Assembly: GCA_965232515.1 (NCBI GenBank)
Contig: CBDDPY010000002.1
Location: 5,152,001 to 5,216,000 of the forward strand
DNA from: Alphaproteobacteria bacterium
GTDB taxonomy: Bacteria > Pseudomonadota > Alphaproteobacteria > GCA-2731375
DNA length: 64,000 nt
Reading direction: 5' to 3'
Part shown: positions 35,427-45,301 of the stretch, piece by piece
How the letters are laid out: every line of letters starts with the position of its first letter
Numbering within the stretch: the first letter of the stretch is position 1
The notes under the pieces: generated by a model
What the model was told of the DNA's origin: nothing
The model's database searches: none
Seen by the model: the letters and a program-made list of their open reading frames with translations, nothing else
Translations under genes and position numbers: made by a program

Positions 35427-36516
35427 TGTTGATGATGTCGATCACGGTGCGGGTGACCTCGGCGGTTGTGTTTTTGCCGCCGGCATCGAAGGTCCGGATG
35501 CGGCCGTCGCCGATACCGGCTTCCAGCGCCTGATCGATCATCCGGGCCGCGGTCTCGCAGGCCTCGACGCCATGCCGGTGGCCGAGCCAGTCCAGCATCA
35601 TCGCCGCCGACAGGATCATCGCCGTCGGATTGGCCTTGCCCGTGCCCATAATGTCGGGCGCGGTGCCATGGCTCGGTTGGAACACCGCATTGTCGTCGCC
35701 GATATCGCCCGACGGCGCGAAGCCCATGCCGCCGACCAAACCGGCGGCGAGGTCCGACAGGATGTCGCCGTACATGTTCTCGGTGACCATGACGTCGAAG
35801 TCCCACGGCCGGCGCACTAGGTCCAGCGCGCAGGCGTCGACATAGAGATGTTCGGCCTTAATCTCGGGGAAGGCGGCGGCGCGCTCGTCGAAGACCTTGC
35901 GGAAGAAGGCCATCGAGGTGAAGACGTTCGCCTTGTCGACCAGTGTCAACTTGCCTTCATGGCCGCTCGCCTTGCGTCGCTCGGCGAGACGAAAGCCGAA
36001 GTCGAACAGCTTTTCCGATGTCGGCCGCGTGATCACCATGGTGTCGCGGGCCTCGCGGTCGTCTTCGATCACGCCCTTGCCGCGCGCCGCGAACAGGCCC
36101 TCGGTACTTTCGCGGATCAGGATCAGGTCGATCTTCTCGGCCCGCGGATCGGCCAGGATCTTTGGTCCGCCCGGAATGGTCCGGATCGGCCGCACGCCGG
36201 CATAGAGGTCGAAATGCACCCGCATGTCGACCTGCGGCGCCAGCTCGGTGCCATCGGGCTTGCGCACGTCGGGCAGACCCATGGCGCCCAGCAGGATGGC
36301 GTCGGCCGCCTCCGCCGCCTTCAGCGACTCCTCGGGCAGATCGACGCCGGTGTCGCGGTAGCAGCCGGCGCCACCGACCAGCTCGGTGTTCACCAGCTTG
36401 AAGCCGCCGACCTTGGCCTGCGCGGCGTCGAGCACGGCGACCGCCGATTCCATGACTTCGATGCCGATGCCGTCGCCGGGGAAAACGGCGATCTTGAATT
36501 CGATTTCGTTACTCAT
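35419..36516 (-). CDS. Isocitrate/isopropylmalate/tartrate family beta-decarboxylating dehydrogenase
   Basis: PGDGIG, RESTEG, DKAN, ENMYGDILSDL, QPSHGTAPDI and KANP. Confidence 0.93.
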   Translation of the reverse strand: MSNEIEFKIAVFPGDGIGIEVMESAVAVLDAAQAKVGGFKLVNTELVGGAGCYRDTGVDLPEESLKAAEAADAILLGAMGLPDVRKPDGTELAPQVDMRVHFDLYAGVRPIRTIPGGPKILADPRAEKIDLILIRESTEGLFAARGKGVIEDDREARDTMVITRPTSEKLFDFGFRLAERRKASGHEGKLTLVDKANVFTSMAFFRKVFDERAAAFPEIKAEHLYVDACALDLVRRPWDFDVMVTENMYGDILSDLAAGLVGGMGFAPSGDIGDDNAVFQPSHGTAPDIMGTGKANPTAMILSAAMMLDWLGHRHGVEACETAARMIDQALEAGIGDGRIRTFDAGGKNTTAEVTRTVIDIINNG

Positions 36517-37505
36517 AAGCGGATATCCCAATGCGATGGCTTCAGCCCGGCGACCGGGCTGCGGAAGGTGTAGAGCTTGTCGTCGAGCAGGTTGCCCAGA
36601 TAGGCGGTCTTGCGGTCGGGGCCGCCGAAGGCGATGGACGACACGCTTTTCATCACCTCGGTTTCAATCGAATCCATGTGCGCGCGGCCGAGCTCGCCGT
36701 TCTGGAACGCCCGCTCGACGACGTCGAGCTGTTCCGGATCGCATTCTTCCAGCACGACCTGCTGGTTGCCGTCGGCGTCGATGCGAATGATGCGGTTCGA
36801 GATCACGCTGGTCAGCCAGACGCCACCCGCCTCGTCGAAGGCGAGGCCGTCCGGATAGGTGCCGTGGCCGAATTCGGCCACCGTCTCGCGCGGTCCGAGA
36901 CTGCCGTCCTCGGCGATACGGAAGCGCGACATGCGCCGGCCGAAGGTTTCGTTCACGTAGATCCAGTCGCCGCTGCCATCGACGACGGCCTCGTTGGTGT
37001 AGCCCAGGCCGTCGGCGGCGATGCGCGCGCCCTTGTCGTCGACAAGGATGATGAAACCGTCGGACGCATTGGGCCGGTAGGCAAGCGCGCGCGGCTCCAG
37101 CCAGGTGCTGACCGTGATCCAGACGCGGTCATTCCGGTCGACGCCGACGAAATTCGCCGGCGGCAGGCGTTTTCCGTCGATCTCCAGCAGGAACGGCGTC
37201 AAGTCGCCGGTCCGGCTCAACCGCCAGGCGCCGCCGCCGTCGTTGTGCAGGTTCGCCAGCAGGAAATCGCCCTCGGCCGTAATGGCGAAGCCGTTGGTGC
37301 CGATGGCGCCGGACGCCGCGATGTCGCGCCGGCTGCCGTCGGAACGGATATGCGTCACGCCGCCGCCGTCCGCCGACCAGTAGGAGACTGCGACGTCCCC
37401 GGCCGCGGTCGCCAGCACGCATTCCGGCCGTTTCAGGCCCTGGCCATAGGTCTCCAGCTCGGACGGCTGCACCGTGAAGCCGCCGAGGCCGTTCGTCTGC
37501 GTCAT
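36513..37505 (-). CDS. SMP-30/gluconolactonase/LRE family protein
   Basis: RPEC, NEA...YVNET, YPDGLAFD and SIAFGG beta-propeller motifs. Confidence 0.88.
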   Translation of the reverse strand: MTQTNGLGGFTVQPSELETYGQGLKRPECVLATAAGDVAVSYWSADGGGVTHIRSDGSRRDIAASGAIGTNGFAITAEGDFLLANLHNDGGGAWRLSRTGDLTPFLLEIDGKRLPPANFVGVDRNDRVWITVSTWLEPRALAYRPNASDGFIILVDDKGARIAADGLGYTNEAVVDGSGDWIYVNETFGRRMSRFRIAEDGSLGPRETVAEFGHGTYPDGLAFDEAGGVWLTSVISNRIIRIDADGNQQVVLEECDPEQLDVVERAFQNGELGRAHMDSIETEVMKSVSSIAFGGPDRKTAYLGNLLDDKLYTFRSPVAGLKPSHWDIRL

Positions 37506-37657
37506 CCGACGTTTCCCTGCCGCTTGTCGTTTTTGGCGGCGCCATTATGGCCATTGCCGGCAGCGGGTCAAAGGCGGGGCGGTTGACCCGGAACCGCCTC
37601 GGACGGTGAAATGCGGGACCTGCCCCGTCCGTCCGCTCAGAACCGTTTGGAATTCGC

Positions 37658-38851
37658 ATGCGCCAGGTCTTCTGGCCCCTTGCCGGCACGACGTTGCTGC
37701 AGACCGTGTCCGTCATCCTGTTCTTGGCGGTGCCGGTCATGGCGCCCGTCGTCGCGAAAGATCTCGGCATCGACGCCAGCGCCATCGGCGCCTACTCCTC
37801 GATCGTTTTCCTGGTGGCGATGTTCGTGTCCGCCGGGATCGGCACCGTCATCCAGCGCTACGGCGCCATCCGCACGGTGCAGGTGGGGTTGCTGCTGTCG
37901 GCGCTGGCCCTGCTGCTCACGACGGCGGGCACCTTGGTCGCGGTGTTCGTCGGCGCGGTGCTGATCGGCCTGGGCTACGGCCCGAACACGCCCGCCGGCA
38001 GCCATGTACTGGCGCGGGTGACGCCGCCGAACATGCGTGGACTGGTGTTCTCGATCAAACAGTCCGGCGCGCCGCTGGGCGGCATGTTGACGGGTCTGAT
38101 CATTCCGCCGATCGCCGCCGGCCATAGCTGGCAGGCGGCGGCCTGGGTCGCGATTGCCATGGCCATCGCCGGCGCGGTGCTGGTGCAGCCGCTCCGGGCG
38201 CGCTGCGACGATGATCGCCGGCCCGATCAACGCATCTCCATGCGGGCGACCTGGGCATCGCTGCGGCTGCTGCTGGCGAACCGGCCGCTACGCCGGCTGA
38301 CGGTGGCGTCGTTTGCCTATTCGTCGTTGCAGATATGCAGCTTTTCGGTGCTGGTCGCCTTTCTGGTCGAGGTCGTGCGGCTCGACCTGGTGACGGCCGG
38401 CATCGCCTTCTCCGCCATGCAGATTTCCGGCGTGGTCGCGCGGGTCGGGTGGGGCTGGCTCGCGGATCAGGTCATCGCGGCGCGGCCGCTGCTGACGCTG
38501 ATCGGCATCGCCGGCGCCCTGCTGATCGTGCTGCTGACGGCTTTCACGCCGACATGGCCGTTCTGGGCGGTCGTCGCCGTCTGTGTCGCGGTCGGCGCCA
38601 CCGTCGCCGGCTGGAACGGCGTGTTTCTGGCCGAGGTCGCCCGCGTCGCGCCGGAAGGGCAGGTCGGCGCGGCCACCGGCGGGACGCTGTTCTTCACCTA
38701 TTTCGGCCTGGTCGTCGGTCCGGCGTCCTTCACCGCGCTCGTCGCGGCCACGGACAGCTATGCCATCGCCTTTCAGGCGGTTGCCGCCGTATCGCTGCTG
38801 GCGGCGCTGGCGCAGTATCTGCCCATGCGGCCGGCAACGGGCCAAGGCTGA
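37658..38851 (+). CDS. MFS transporter
   Basis: About 12 hydrophobic segments; RGLVFSIKQSG.PLG, WGWLAD and GWNGVFLAEVAR. Confidence 0.9.
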   Translation: MRQVFWPLAGTTLLQTVSVILFLAVPVMAPVVAKDLGIDASAIGAYSSIVFLVAMFVSAGIGTVIQRYGAIRTVQVGLLLSALALLLTTAGTLVAVFVGAVLIGLGYGPNTPAGSHVLARVTPPNMRGLVFSIKQSGAPLGGMLTGLIIPPIAAGHSWQAAAWVAIAMAIAGAVLVQPLRARCDDDRRPDQRISMRATWASLRLLLANRPLRRLTVASFAYSSLQICSFSVLVAFLVEVVRLDLVTAGIAFSAMQISGVVARVGWGWLADQVIAARPLLTLIGIAGALLIVLLTAFTPTWPFWAVVAVCVAVGATVAGWNGVFLAEVARVAPEGQVGAATGGTLFFTYFGLVVGPASFTALVAATDSYAIAFQAVAAVSLLAALAQYLPMRPATGQG

Positions 38852-38943
38852 TTTCAGCAATTCTTTACCGCTGTCCGACAGACTGAGCAGCGCCGGGCGG
38901 CCCCCAAAAAAACCGCCGGTTATCGCAATAATCGACCGGACAA

Positions 38944-39276
38944 ATGACCCAACAGGCCGCGAACACTTCCTGGGCCTACCCGAAGGTCGACCGGCGCTGC
39001 AAGCCGCGCTGGCAGACCGATCTGCCGGCGCGTCTGTTCGCCCGCGCGGCGGCGAGCGATTGCCGCGTCCGCGACATCTCGCAGGGCGGCGCCCGCGTCG
39101 TTACGGACGCAGATGTCGACGAGGACGAGATCATCGTCCTCGAGCTGGACGAGATCGACCCGCTGGCCGCCCGCGTCGTGCATCTGTCCGACGGCACCGT
39201 CGGCCTGATGTTCCTTTACGACAGCGACCAGCGCCAACAAGTGGTCGACTGGATCACGCCGAAGCTGACCCGCTGA
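38944..39276 (+). CDS. Stand-alone PilZ domain protein (c-di-GMP receptor)
   Basis: Intact RxxxR (RCKPR) and DxSxxG (DISQGG) motifs. Confidence 0.85.
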   Translation: MTQQAANTSWAYPKVDRRCKPRWQTDLPARLFARAAASDCRVRDISQGGARVVTDADVDEDEIIVLELDEIDPLAARVVHLSDGTVGLMFLYDSDQRQQVVDWITPKLTR

Positions 39277-39280
39277 ATCC

Positions 39281-39721
39281 CTAACCTTTTTGTGGCGGCA
39301 GGGCGTAGGTGCTGGTGGCGTGGGCCACCGGCCGGTCGTCGCCGTCGGCATAGAGCGTGACCTCGCCGAACACCAGCAGACGCCCGGTCTTGAGCGCCCG
39401 GCCGCGCGCGATCACGTCCTTGCCGATGGCCGGTCGGAAGAAGCTGGTGTTCTGGCTCGCGGTCGCCATCTCGCGGAAACCGCCCAGCGCCGCCGAAACG
39501 ACGAAGACCATGCAGGTGTCGGCCAGCGTCATCATCGCTTGGCCGCAGATCAGCCCGCCGGTACGGCAGAGGTCGTCCGAGTAGGGCAGCCGCATGGCGA
39601 CGCCATCCGGGCCGATCTCCTCGATCGACAGGTTGAGGGCCTGGACCCAGGGCGCGAACTTGTCGCGCAGCAGGTCGGTTGCGGTCTCGCGGCTGAGCGC
39701 CGCGGCGGAAATCTCGGACAT
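39281..39721 (-). CDS. PaaI-family hot-dog thioesterase
   Basis: GGLICGQAMMTLADT, SFFRPA, GRLLVFGEV and VAHATSTY. Confidence 0.88.
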   Translation of the reverse strand: MSEISAAALSRETATDLLRDKFAPWVQALNLSIEEIGPDGVAMRLPYSDDLCRTGGLICGQAMMTLADTCMVFVVSAALGGFREMATASQNTSFFRPAIGKDVIARGRALKTGRLLVFGEVTLYADGDDRPVAHATSTYALPPQKG

Positions 39722-39753
39722 CGGCCGGCTTTACGCGATTTGGCGTGAAACCG

Positions 39754-40707
39754 TCAATCGTCCGCCGGTTGTGTACCGGCCACCGCCGCGCGGGCCGCGG
39801 CCGTGGCGTGCGTCGGCGCGCCTTTGCGCAGCAGCTCGCGGTGCAGGATGTAGAGGCCGCTGGCGATCACGATGGCCGTGCCGACCAGCATCCAGGCGTC
39901 CGGGATCTCGTTCCAGATCAGCACGCCGAACAGCAGCGCGAAGACGATCGCCGTGTATTCGAAGGGCGCCACGGTCGAGGCAGGCGCCAGGCGGAAGGCC
40001 TGGGTCATGAACAGCTGCGCCGTGCCGCCGATCAGGCCGATGGCGATCAGCGGCAGCCAGTGCGCGGGCGCCGGCGTCACCCATTCGAACGGCAGCGCCA
40101 TCCCGCTGACCAATGTGCAGGTCAGCGTGAAGTAGAACACGATCGCGGTATTGCTTTCGGTGATGCTGAGCCGACGCACGCAGATCATCGCCAGCGCGAA
40201 GCCGAGCGCCGCGCCGACCGGGATCAGCGCCGTCAGGCCGAACAGACCGCTGCCCGGGCGTACGATCAGCAGCACGCCGGCGAAGCCCGCCAGCACCGCC
40301 AGCCAGCGCCGGGGGCCGACCTGCTCGCCCAGCAGCGGAATCGACAGCAGGGTCAGAAACAGCGGCCCCGAGAACGATATCGCCACCGCGTCGGCGAGCG
40401 GCAGGACAGCGAACGCCCAGAAGAACAACGTCATCGAGGCCAATCCAATGAGCGACCGGAGCATGTGGCCGCCGGGCCGCGAGGTCCGCAAACTGCGCCA
40501 GCCGCCGTCGCGGAAGATCAGGATCGACAGCGGCACGAAGGCCAGGAAGCTGCGGAAGAACACGAGTTGGGCGATCGGATAATAGACAGACAGCCATTTC
40601 ACGATCGCGTCCATGACCGCGAACAAGGCGACGGCAATGAGGATGTTGGCGATACCCTGCGCCGCGGTCGACGACTGATATCCGCTGAAGTGAGCACTCA
40701 AACGCAT
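39754..40707 (-). CDS. DMT/EamA family transporter
   Basis: MDAIVKWLS, VFFRS, PLADA, PLF...LLGE.VG.RRW and APFEY; real start taken as the ATG at 40707. Confidence 0.9.
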   Translation of the reverse strand: MRLSAHFSGYQSSTAAQGIANILIAVALFAVMDAIVKWLSVYYPIAQLVFFRSFLAFVPLSILIFRDGGWRSLRTSRPGGHMLRSLIGLASMTLFFWAFAVLPLADAVAISFSGPLFLTLLSIPLLGEQVGPRRWLAVLAGFAGVLLIVRPGSGLFGLTALIPVGAALGFALAMICVRRLSITESNTAIVFYFTLTCTLVSGMALPFEWVTPAPAHWLPLIAIGLIGGTAQLFMTQAFRLAPASTVAPFEYTAIVFALLFGVLIWNEIPDAWMLVGTAIVIASGLYILHRELLRKGAPTHATAAARAAVAGTQPADD

Positions 40708-40829
40708 GACGGCACCGGGGGCGACAAAGGAACGGCTTTCGAAGGGCGACAGCCTCGGCTGAAATCGTTGCTTTATCGGTATCGCGCCATTGCTTTGTTT
40801 GCACCGCTGCCCTGCGCTCCGCGCTTGGC

Positions 40830-41744
40830 TTAACTCGCGCGTCGCTGCGCCACCTCGCGGTGCAGGATGTAGATGCCCGTGGCGATCAGGATGACGGTGC
40901 CGACGACGGTCCAGAGGTCCGGCAGCTCCTGCCAGAGCAGAAAGCCGAGCGCGATGGCCCAGATGATGGTGCTGTATTCGAACGGCGCGATGACGGAGGC
41001 CGGCGCGCTCCGGAACGCCTGGACAATGCACATCTGTCCGACGCCGCCCAGGATGCCCATGCCGACCAGCATCGGCCAATGCTCGAATTGCGGCGTGACC
41101 CAGGAGAAGGGCAGGGACAGACCCGACAGGACGGTCTGGACCAGGGCTGTATAGACCAGGATCGCGGCCGTGGATTCGGTTTGGCTGAGCCGCCGGGTCA
41201 GGATGCCGATGAAGGCATAGCTGAGCGCCGCGATCAGGACCAAGAGCGAGGCCGGCTGGAACACGCCGGTGCCCGGTCGGATGATGATGGCGACGCCGAT
41301 CAGGCCGATCAGCACGGCGGTCCAGCGGCGGATGCCGACATGCTCGCCCAGCAGCACCACCGACAGCGCGGTGATGAACAGCGGCGAGGCGAAGGCGACG
41401 GCGGTGGCGTCGGCCAGCGGCATCAGGCTGATTGCCGTGAAGAACACGGACACCGTGAACAGGCCGAGCACGCCGCGCAGCAGGTGCAGGCCCGGCCGCT
41501 GCGTCGGCAGCGTGGCGCGGCCGCCGGTCAGCATGACGATCAGGGTGATCGGCAGAAACGCAAAGAAGCTGCGAAAGAAGACGATTTCGTTGATCGGATA
41601 GGTTGCCGACAACCACTTCGCGATGGCGTCCATGACCGTCAGCAGCGCCATGCCGGCCAGCAGCCAGGCGATCCCCTGCGGCGAATTGTCCTGTGTCGAA
41701 TCGGCCGGCGCGAAACGATTTTTTGACGGCGGGTGGTGTTTCAT
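40830..41744 (-). CDS. DMT/EamA family transporter (tandem paralogue)
   Basis: MDAIAKWLS, VFFRS, PLADA, LLGEHVGIRRW and APFEY. Confidence 0.9.
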   Translation of the reverse strand: MKHHPPSKNRFAPADSTQDNSPQGIAWLLAGMALLTVMDAIAKWLSATYPINEIVFFRSFFAFLPITLIVMLTGGRATLPTQRPGLHLLRGVLGLFTVSVFFTAISLMPLADATAVAFASPLFITALSVVLLGEHVGIRRWTAVLIGLIGVAIIIRPGTGVFQPASLLVLIAALSYAFIGILTRRLSQTESTAAILVYTALVQTVLSGLSLPFSWVTPQFEHWPMLVGMGILGGVGQMCIVQAFRSAPASVIAPFEYSTIIWAIALGFLLWQELPDLWTVVGTVILIATGIYILHREVAQRRAS

Positions 41745-41822
41745 GGCGCCGACACAATCCGGCTTTTCATTGGCCGGCGCCAATGCTATTTGCGCAACTC
41801 TGCTGCGCCGGGAGCTTTTTCG

Positions 41823-42041
41823 ATGGCCGAACGGGAATTCGATCAGGAAGACCAGCCGCTGTTTCTGGTCATGGGCGGTGAGGTAACGGACCCGCGCGGG
41901 GCGCAATTCGTCGATCTCAACCAAATCGACGTCCGCGGCGTCTACGGCAATTACGACGACGCCTTCGCCGCTTGGCGCGGCGCCGCCCAGGAAACGGTCG
42001 ATAACGCGTTTATGAAATACATGATCGTACGTCTGCGCTAA
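41823..42041 (+). CDS. DUF4170-like small protein
   Basis: LFLVMGGEVTD...FVDL...G.Y.NY..A..AWR..AQ.TVDNA.M.Y.I; GGGAG RBS. Confidence 0.8.
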   Translation: MAEREFDQEDQPLFLVMGGEVTDPRGAQFVDLNQIDVRGVYGNYDDAFAAWRGAAQETVDNAFMKYMIVRLR

Positions 42042-42132
42042 TTTCGGCTCTCTTGGCGTTGGGGCGCCGCTCGGGGCATACTGGGCGGGCCGAGCGCAAT
42101 CATCCCTGCAAGAAAGCCTAAAAGGACGCCTG

Positions 42133-43722
42133 ATGCGTGATCTACAGCTGCCCGGACGCTCCGCCATCCATGCCGTGAACGGGGTGGCCGCCACCTCGCA
42201 CCCGCTGGCGACGCTGGCCGCCATCGATATCCTGCGGCAGGGCGGCAATGCCGTCGACGCGGCGGTCTGCGCCTGCGCCGTGCAGTGCGTGGTCGAGCCC
42301 ATGTCGACGGGCATCGGCGGGGATTGCTTCGCGCTGTACGTGCCGGGCGGTCAGGGCGAGGTGATCGGCCTGAACGGTTCCGGCTGGGCGCCGAAGGATC
42401 TGAGCGCCGAGTGGCTGCTGGAGCAGGGCCAGGACAGCATCGGGCTGTTGAGCCCGCACGCCGTCACCGTGCCGGGCGCGATCGATGCCTGGGCCACGTT
42501 GCTCGCGGATCACGGTACCATGGGCCTCGACAAGCTGCTGCAGCCGGCCATCGACTATGCCGAGAACGGCTGGGCCATCACGCCGCGCGTGGCGCATGAC
42601 TGGCAGCGCAACGAAGAGAAGATGGCGGCCGAGGCGTCGTCGGCCGAACAGTTCCTGATCGACGGCCGGGCGCCGCGGGCGGGCGAACGCTTCCATTCGC
42701 CCAAGCTGGCCCAGACCCTGCGCCGGATCGCCGCCGAGGGCCGCGACGGTTTCTATACCGGACCTGTTGCCGAGGATATCGTCAGTTATCTGAACGCCAA
42801 GGGCGCGCGCCACAGCCTGGACGATTTCGCCGAGCAGCGGGCGGAATACGTGACGCCCATCGCCACCAACTATCGCGGCTATGACATCTATCAGATCCCG
42901 CCGAACGGCCAGGGCATCACCGCGCTGATCATGCTGAACATCCTGCAGGGTTATGACATCGCCGGGATGGATCCGGTCGGCGTCGAGCGCCTGCATCTCG
43001 AGACCGAGGCGGCACGGCTCGCCTTCGCCGCCCGCGACCGCTATGTGGCGGATCAGCGCTATGCCGACGTGCCGGTGAAGAAGATGCTGTCGGCCGAGTT
43101 CGCCGACGAGCTGCGTGGCCAGATCGATCCGACCAAGGCGATGGCCGAGGCCGGCGCCGCCACCGGGCCGGTCTATCGCGACACGATCTACCTGACCGTG
43201 GTCGACAAGGACCGCAACACCTGCTCGTTCATCAACTCGCTCTATTTCGCCTTCGGCTCGGGCCTGACGGCGCCCGAAAGCGGCGTCGTGCTGCAGAACC
43301 GCGGCGCCGGTTTCCGGGTGGAGCCGGGCCATCCGAACAATGTCGAGGGCCGCAAGCGGCCGATGCACACGATCATCCCCGGCATGTGCATGAAGGACGG
43401 CAAGGTGATCAATTCCTACGGCGTCATGGGCGGGGGCTATCAGCCGGTCGGCCACAGTCATGTGCTGACCAACATGATCGACTACGGCATGGACCCGCAG
43501 GAGGCGGTGGACTGCGCCCGCGTGTTCCATGTCGCCGGCAAGCTCGATGTCGAGCGCGGCGTGCCGAAACCGGTGATGGACGGCCTGGCGGCGCTCGGCC
43601 ACGAGGTGCAGCATCCGGACATGCCCTGGGGCGGCGGCCAGATCATCCAACTCGACTGGGAGAACGGCACCCTGGTCGGCGGTTCCGATCCGCGGAAAGA
43701 CGGCTGCGCCATCGGCTACTGA
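42133..43722 (+). CDS. ggt: Gamma-glutamyltransferase family protein
   Basis: GGNAVDAA, TGIGGD, PPNGQG, autoprocessing Thr in DTIYLTVVD, KRPMHTIIP and GGSDPRKDG. Confidence 0.93.
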   Translation: MRDLQLPGRSAIHAVNGVAATSHPLATLAAIDILRQGGNAVDAAVCACAVQCVVEPMSTGIGGDCFALYVPGGQGEVIGLNGSGWAPKDLSAEWLLEQGQDSIGLLSPHAVTVPGAIDAWATLLADHGTMGLDKLLQPAIDYAENGWAITPRVAHDWQRNEEKMAAEASSAEQFLIDGRAPRAGERFHSPKLAQTLRRIAAEGRDGFYTGPVAEDIVSYLNAKGARHSLDDFAEQRAEYVTPIATNYRGYDIYQIPPNGQGITALIMLNILQGYDIAGMDPVGVERLHLETEAARLAFAARDRYVADQRYADVPVKKMLSAEFADELRGQIDPTKAMAEAGAATGPVYRDTIYLTVVDKDRNTCSFINSLYFAFGSGLTAPESGVVLQNRGAGFRVEPGHPNNVEGRKRPMHTIIPGMCMKDGKVINSYGVMGGGYQPVGHSHVLTNMIDYGMDPQEAVDCARVFHVAGKLDVERGVPKPVMDGLAALGHEVQHPDMPWGGGQIIQLDWENGTLVGGSDPRKDGCAIGY

Positions 43723-43729
43723 GCCGCCG

Positions 43730-45298
43730 ATGACATCAGCGCCACCCTTCGCCACGCCCGGCGCGGCGCTGGCGCGGATGGCGGCCGAACGCGGCGCGGA
43801 AGAAGCGCTCGCCTTTCCGCAACAGGATGCGCGGCTGACGTTCGCCGCGTGGCATGAACAGGCCGCGGCGCTGGCGCGCGGACTGAGGGCGCGCGGCCTC
43901 GGTTCCGGCGATCATGTCGCGCTGCTGGCCGAGAACCGGATCGAATGGCCGGTCGTGCAGCTCGCCGTCGCGCTGATGGGCGGCGTGCTGGTGCCACTGA
44001 ACACCCACTACGGCCGCGACGAGCTCCGCTACGCGCTTGAACAGTCTGACAGCCGGGCGCTGATCCGGTCCGACGGCTTCCGGGGTCATGATTACGCGGG
44101 CGCGATAGCCGATATCCGCGCCGATCTGCCGCTGCTGGCGCACGACATCTCGCTCGACGACGGGGGCTACGCCGCGCTGCTGGCGGCGGGCGCCGAGAGC
44201 GACATGGCACTGCCCGAGGTAGCGGCCGACGATCTTGCGGCTTTGCTCTACACGTCGGGCACCACCGGCGTGCCAAAGGGCGCGTTGCTGACGCACCGGG
44301 CCATGCTGACCGACGCCTGGATCTCCATGCAGCGGCTGCAGGCCCGGCCCGGCGACCGCTGGACCTCGATGATCCCGCTGTTCCATTGCTCCGGCTCGAT
44401 CTTCAACATCCTCGGCTGTCTGGTCAGCGGCGCCGCGTTCATCGGCGTCTCCGGCTTCGATTCGGCCGAGATGTCCGCGCTGGTCGAGGCCGAGCGCTGC
44501 ACCGGCTTCACCGGCGTGCCGACCGCCTATGTCGCCATGCTGCGCTATGTGCAGGAGACGCGGCACGACCTGTCGTCGCTCAGGGTCGGCGTGTCCGGCG
44601 GCGCCGGCCCCGATCCGGCGGTGCTGCGCGGCTGCGAGAAGAACCTGCCGATCGGCGCGCTGGTCCAACTCTACGGCCTGACCGAGACCAGCACGGCGGT
44701 CACCATCCCGGCGCCCGACAGCCCGCGCCGCTGCGAGAATGCCGGCCCGCCGCTCGACGGCGTCGGCCTGCGCATTGCCGAGCCCGAGTCGGATGCGGCG
44801 CTGCCGGTCGGTCAAATCGGCGAGATCCAGGTGCGGGGACCGACGGTGATGTCGGGCTACTACAAGATGCCGGACGCGACGGCCGCGGCCTTCACGCCGG
44901 ACGGCTGGCTGAAGACCGGCGATCTCGGATTCCTCGACGAAGCGGGCGAGCTGCACGTCTCGGCCGGGCGCCTGACGGACATGCTGATCCGCGGTGGCGA
45001 GAACGTCTATCCGGCCGAGATCGAGCGCGCGCTGCACAGTCATTTCGCGGTCGGCGAGGCGGCCGTATTCGGCCTGCCCGACGACTATTACGGCGAGGTG
45101 CCGGCGGCCGCCCTGCGTCTCGACGCCATCGCCCGCGCCGAAGACCTCGCCGCTTACTGCGCCGAGTGCCTGGCCGGCTACAAAGTGCCGGTGCGGTTCT
45201 TCACGGTTGAAGACTTCCCGATCAACGCCGGCGGCAAGATCCGCAAGGACGTCCTGCGCGAACGCGCCCTTGCCGGCGAGCTGAGCGATCTGGAGTAG
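43730..45298 (+). CDS. AMP-binding acyl-CoA synthetase family protein
   Basis: YTSGTTGVPKG, PLFH, YGLTE, TGDLG and GGENVYPAEIE. Confidence 0.92.
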   Translation: MTSAPPFATPGAALARMAAERGAEEALAFPQQDARLTFAAWHEQAAALARGLRARGLGSGDHVALLAENRIEWPVVQLAVALMGGVLVPLNTHYGRDELRYALEQSDSRALIRSDGFRGHDYAGAIADIRADLPLLAHDISLDDGGYAALLAAGAESDMALPEVAADDLAALLYTSGTTGVPKGALLTHRAMLTDAWISMQRLQARPGDRWTSMIPLFHCSGSIFNILGCLVSGAAFIGVSGFDSAEMSALVEAERCTGFTGVPTAYVAMLRYVQETRHDLSSLRVGVSGGAGPDPAVLRGCEKNLPIGALVQLYGLTETSTAVTIPAPDSPRRCENAGPPLDGVGLRIAEPESDAALPVGQIGEIQVRGPTVMSGYYKMPDATAAAFTPDGWLKTGDLGFLDEAGELHVSAGRLTDMLIRGGENVYPAEIERALHSHFAVGEAAVFGLPDDYYGEVPAAALRLDAIARAEDLAAYCAECLAGYKVPVRFFTVEDFPINAGGKIRKDVLRERALAGELSDLE

Positions 45299-45301
45299 GC
45301 G

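Noticed and set aside
35419-36516. Annotation as leuB
   Set aside because: No leuCD context, and the substrate-loop region differs from typical LeuB, so it is left at family level.
39754-41757. 667-aa ORF suggesting a fused double DMT
   Set aside because: Its N-terminal half is an off-frame reading of the upstream DMT gene; two separate genes explain the sequence.
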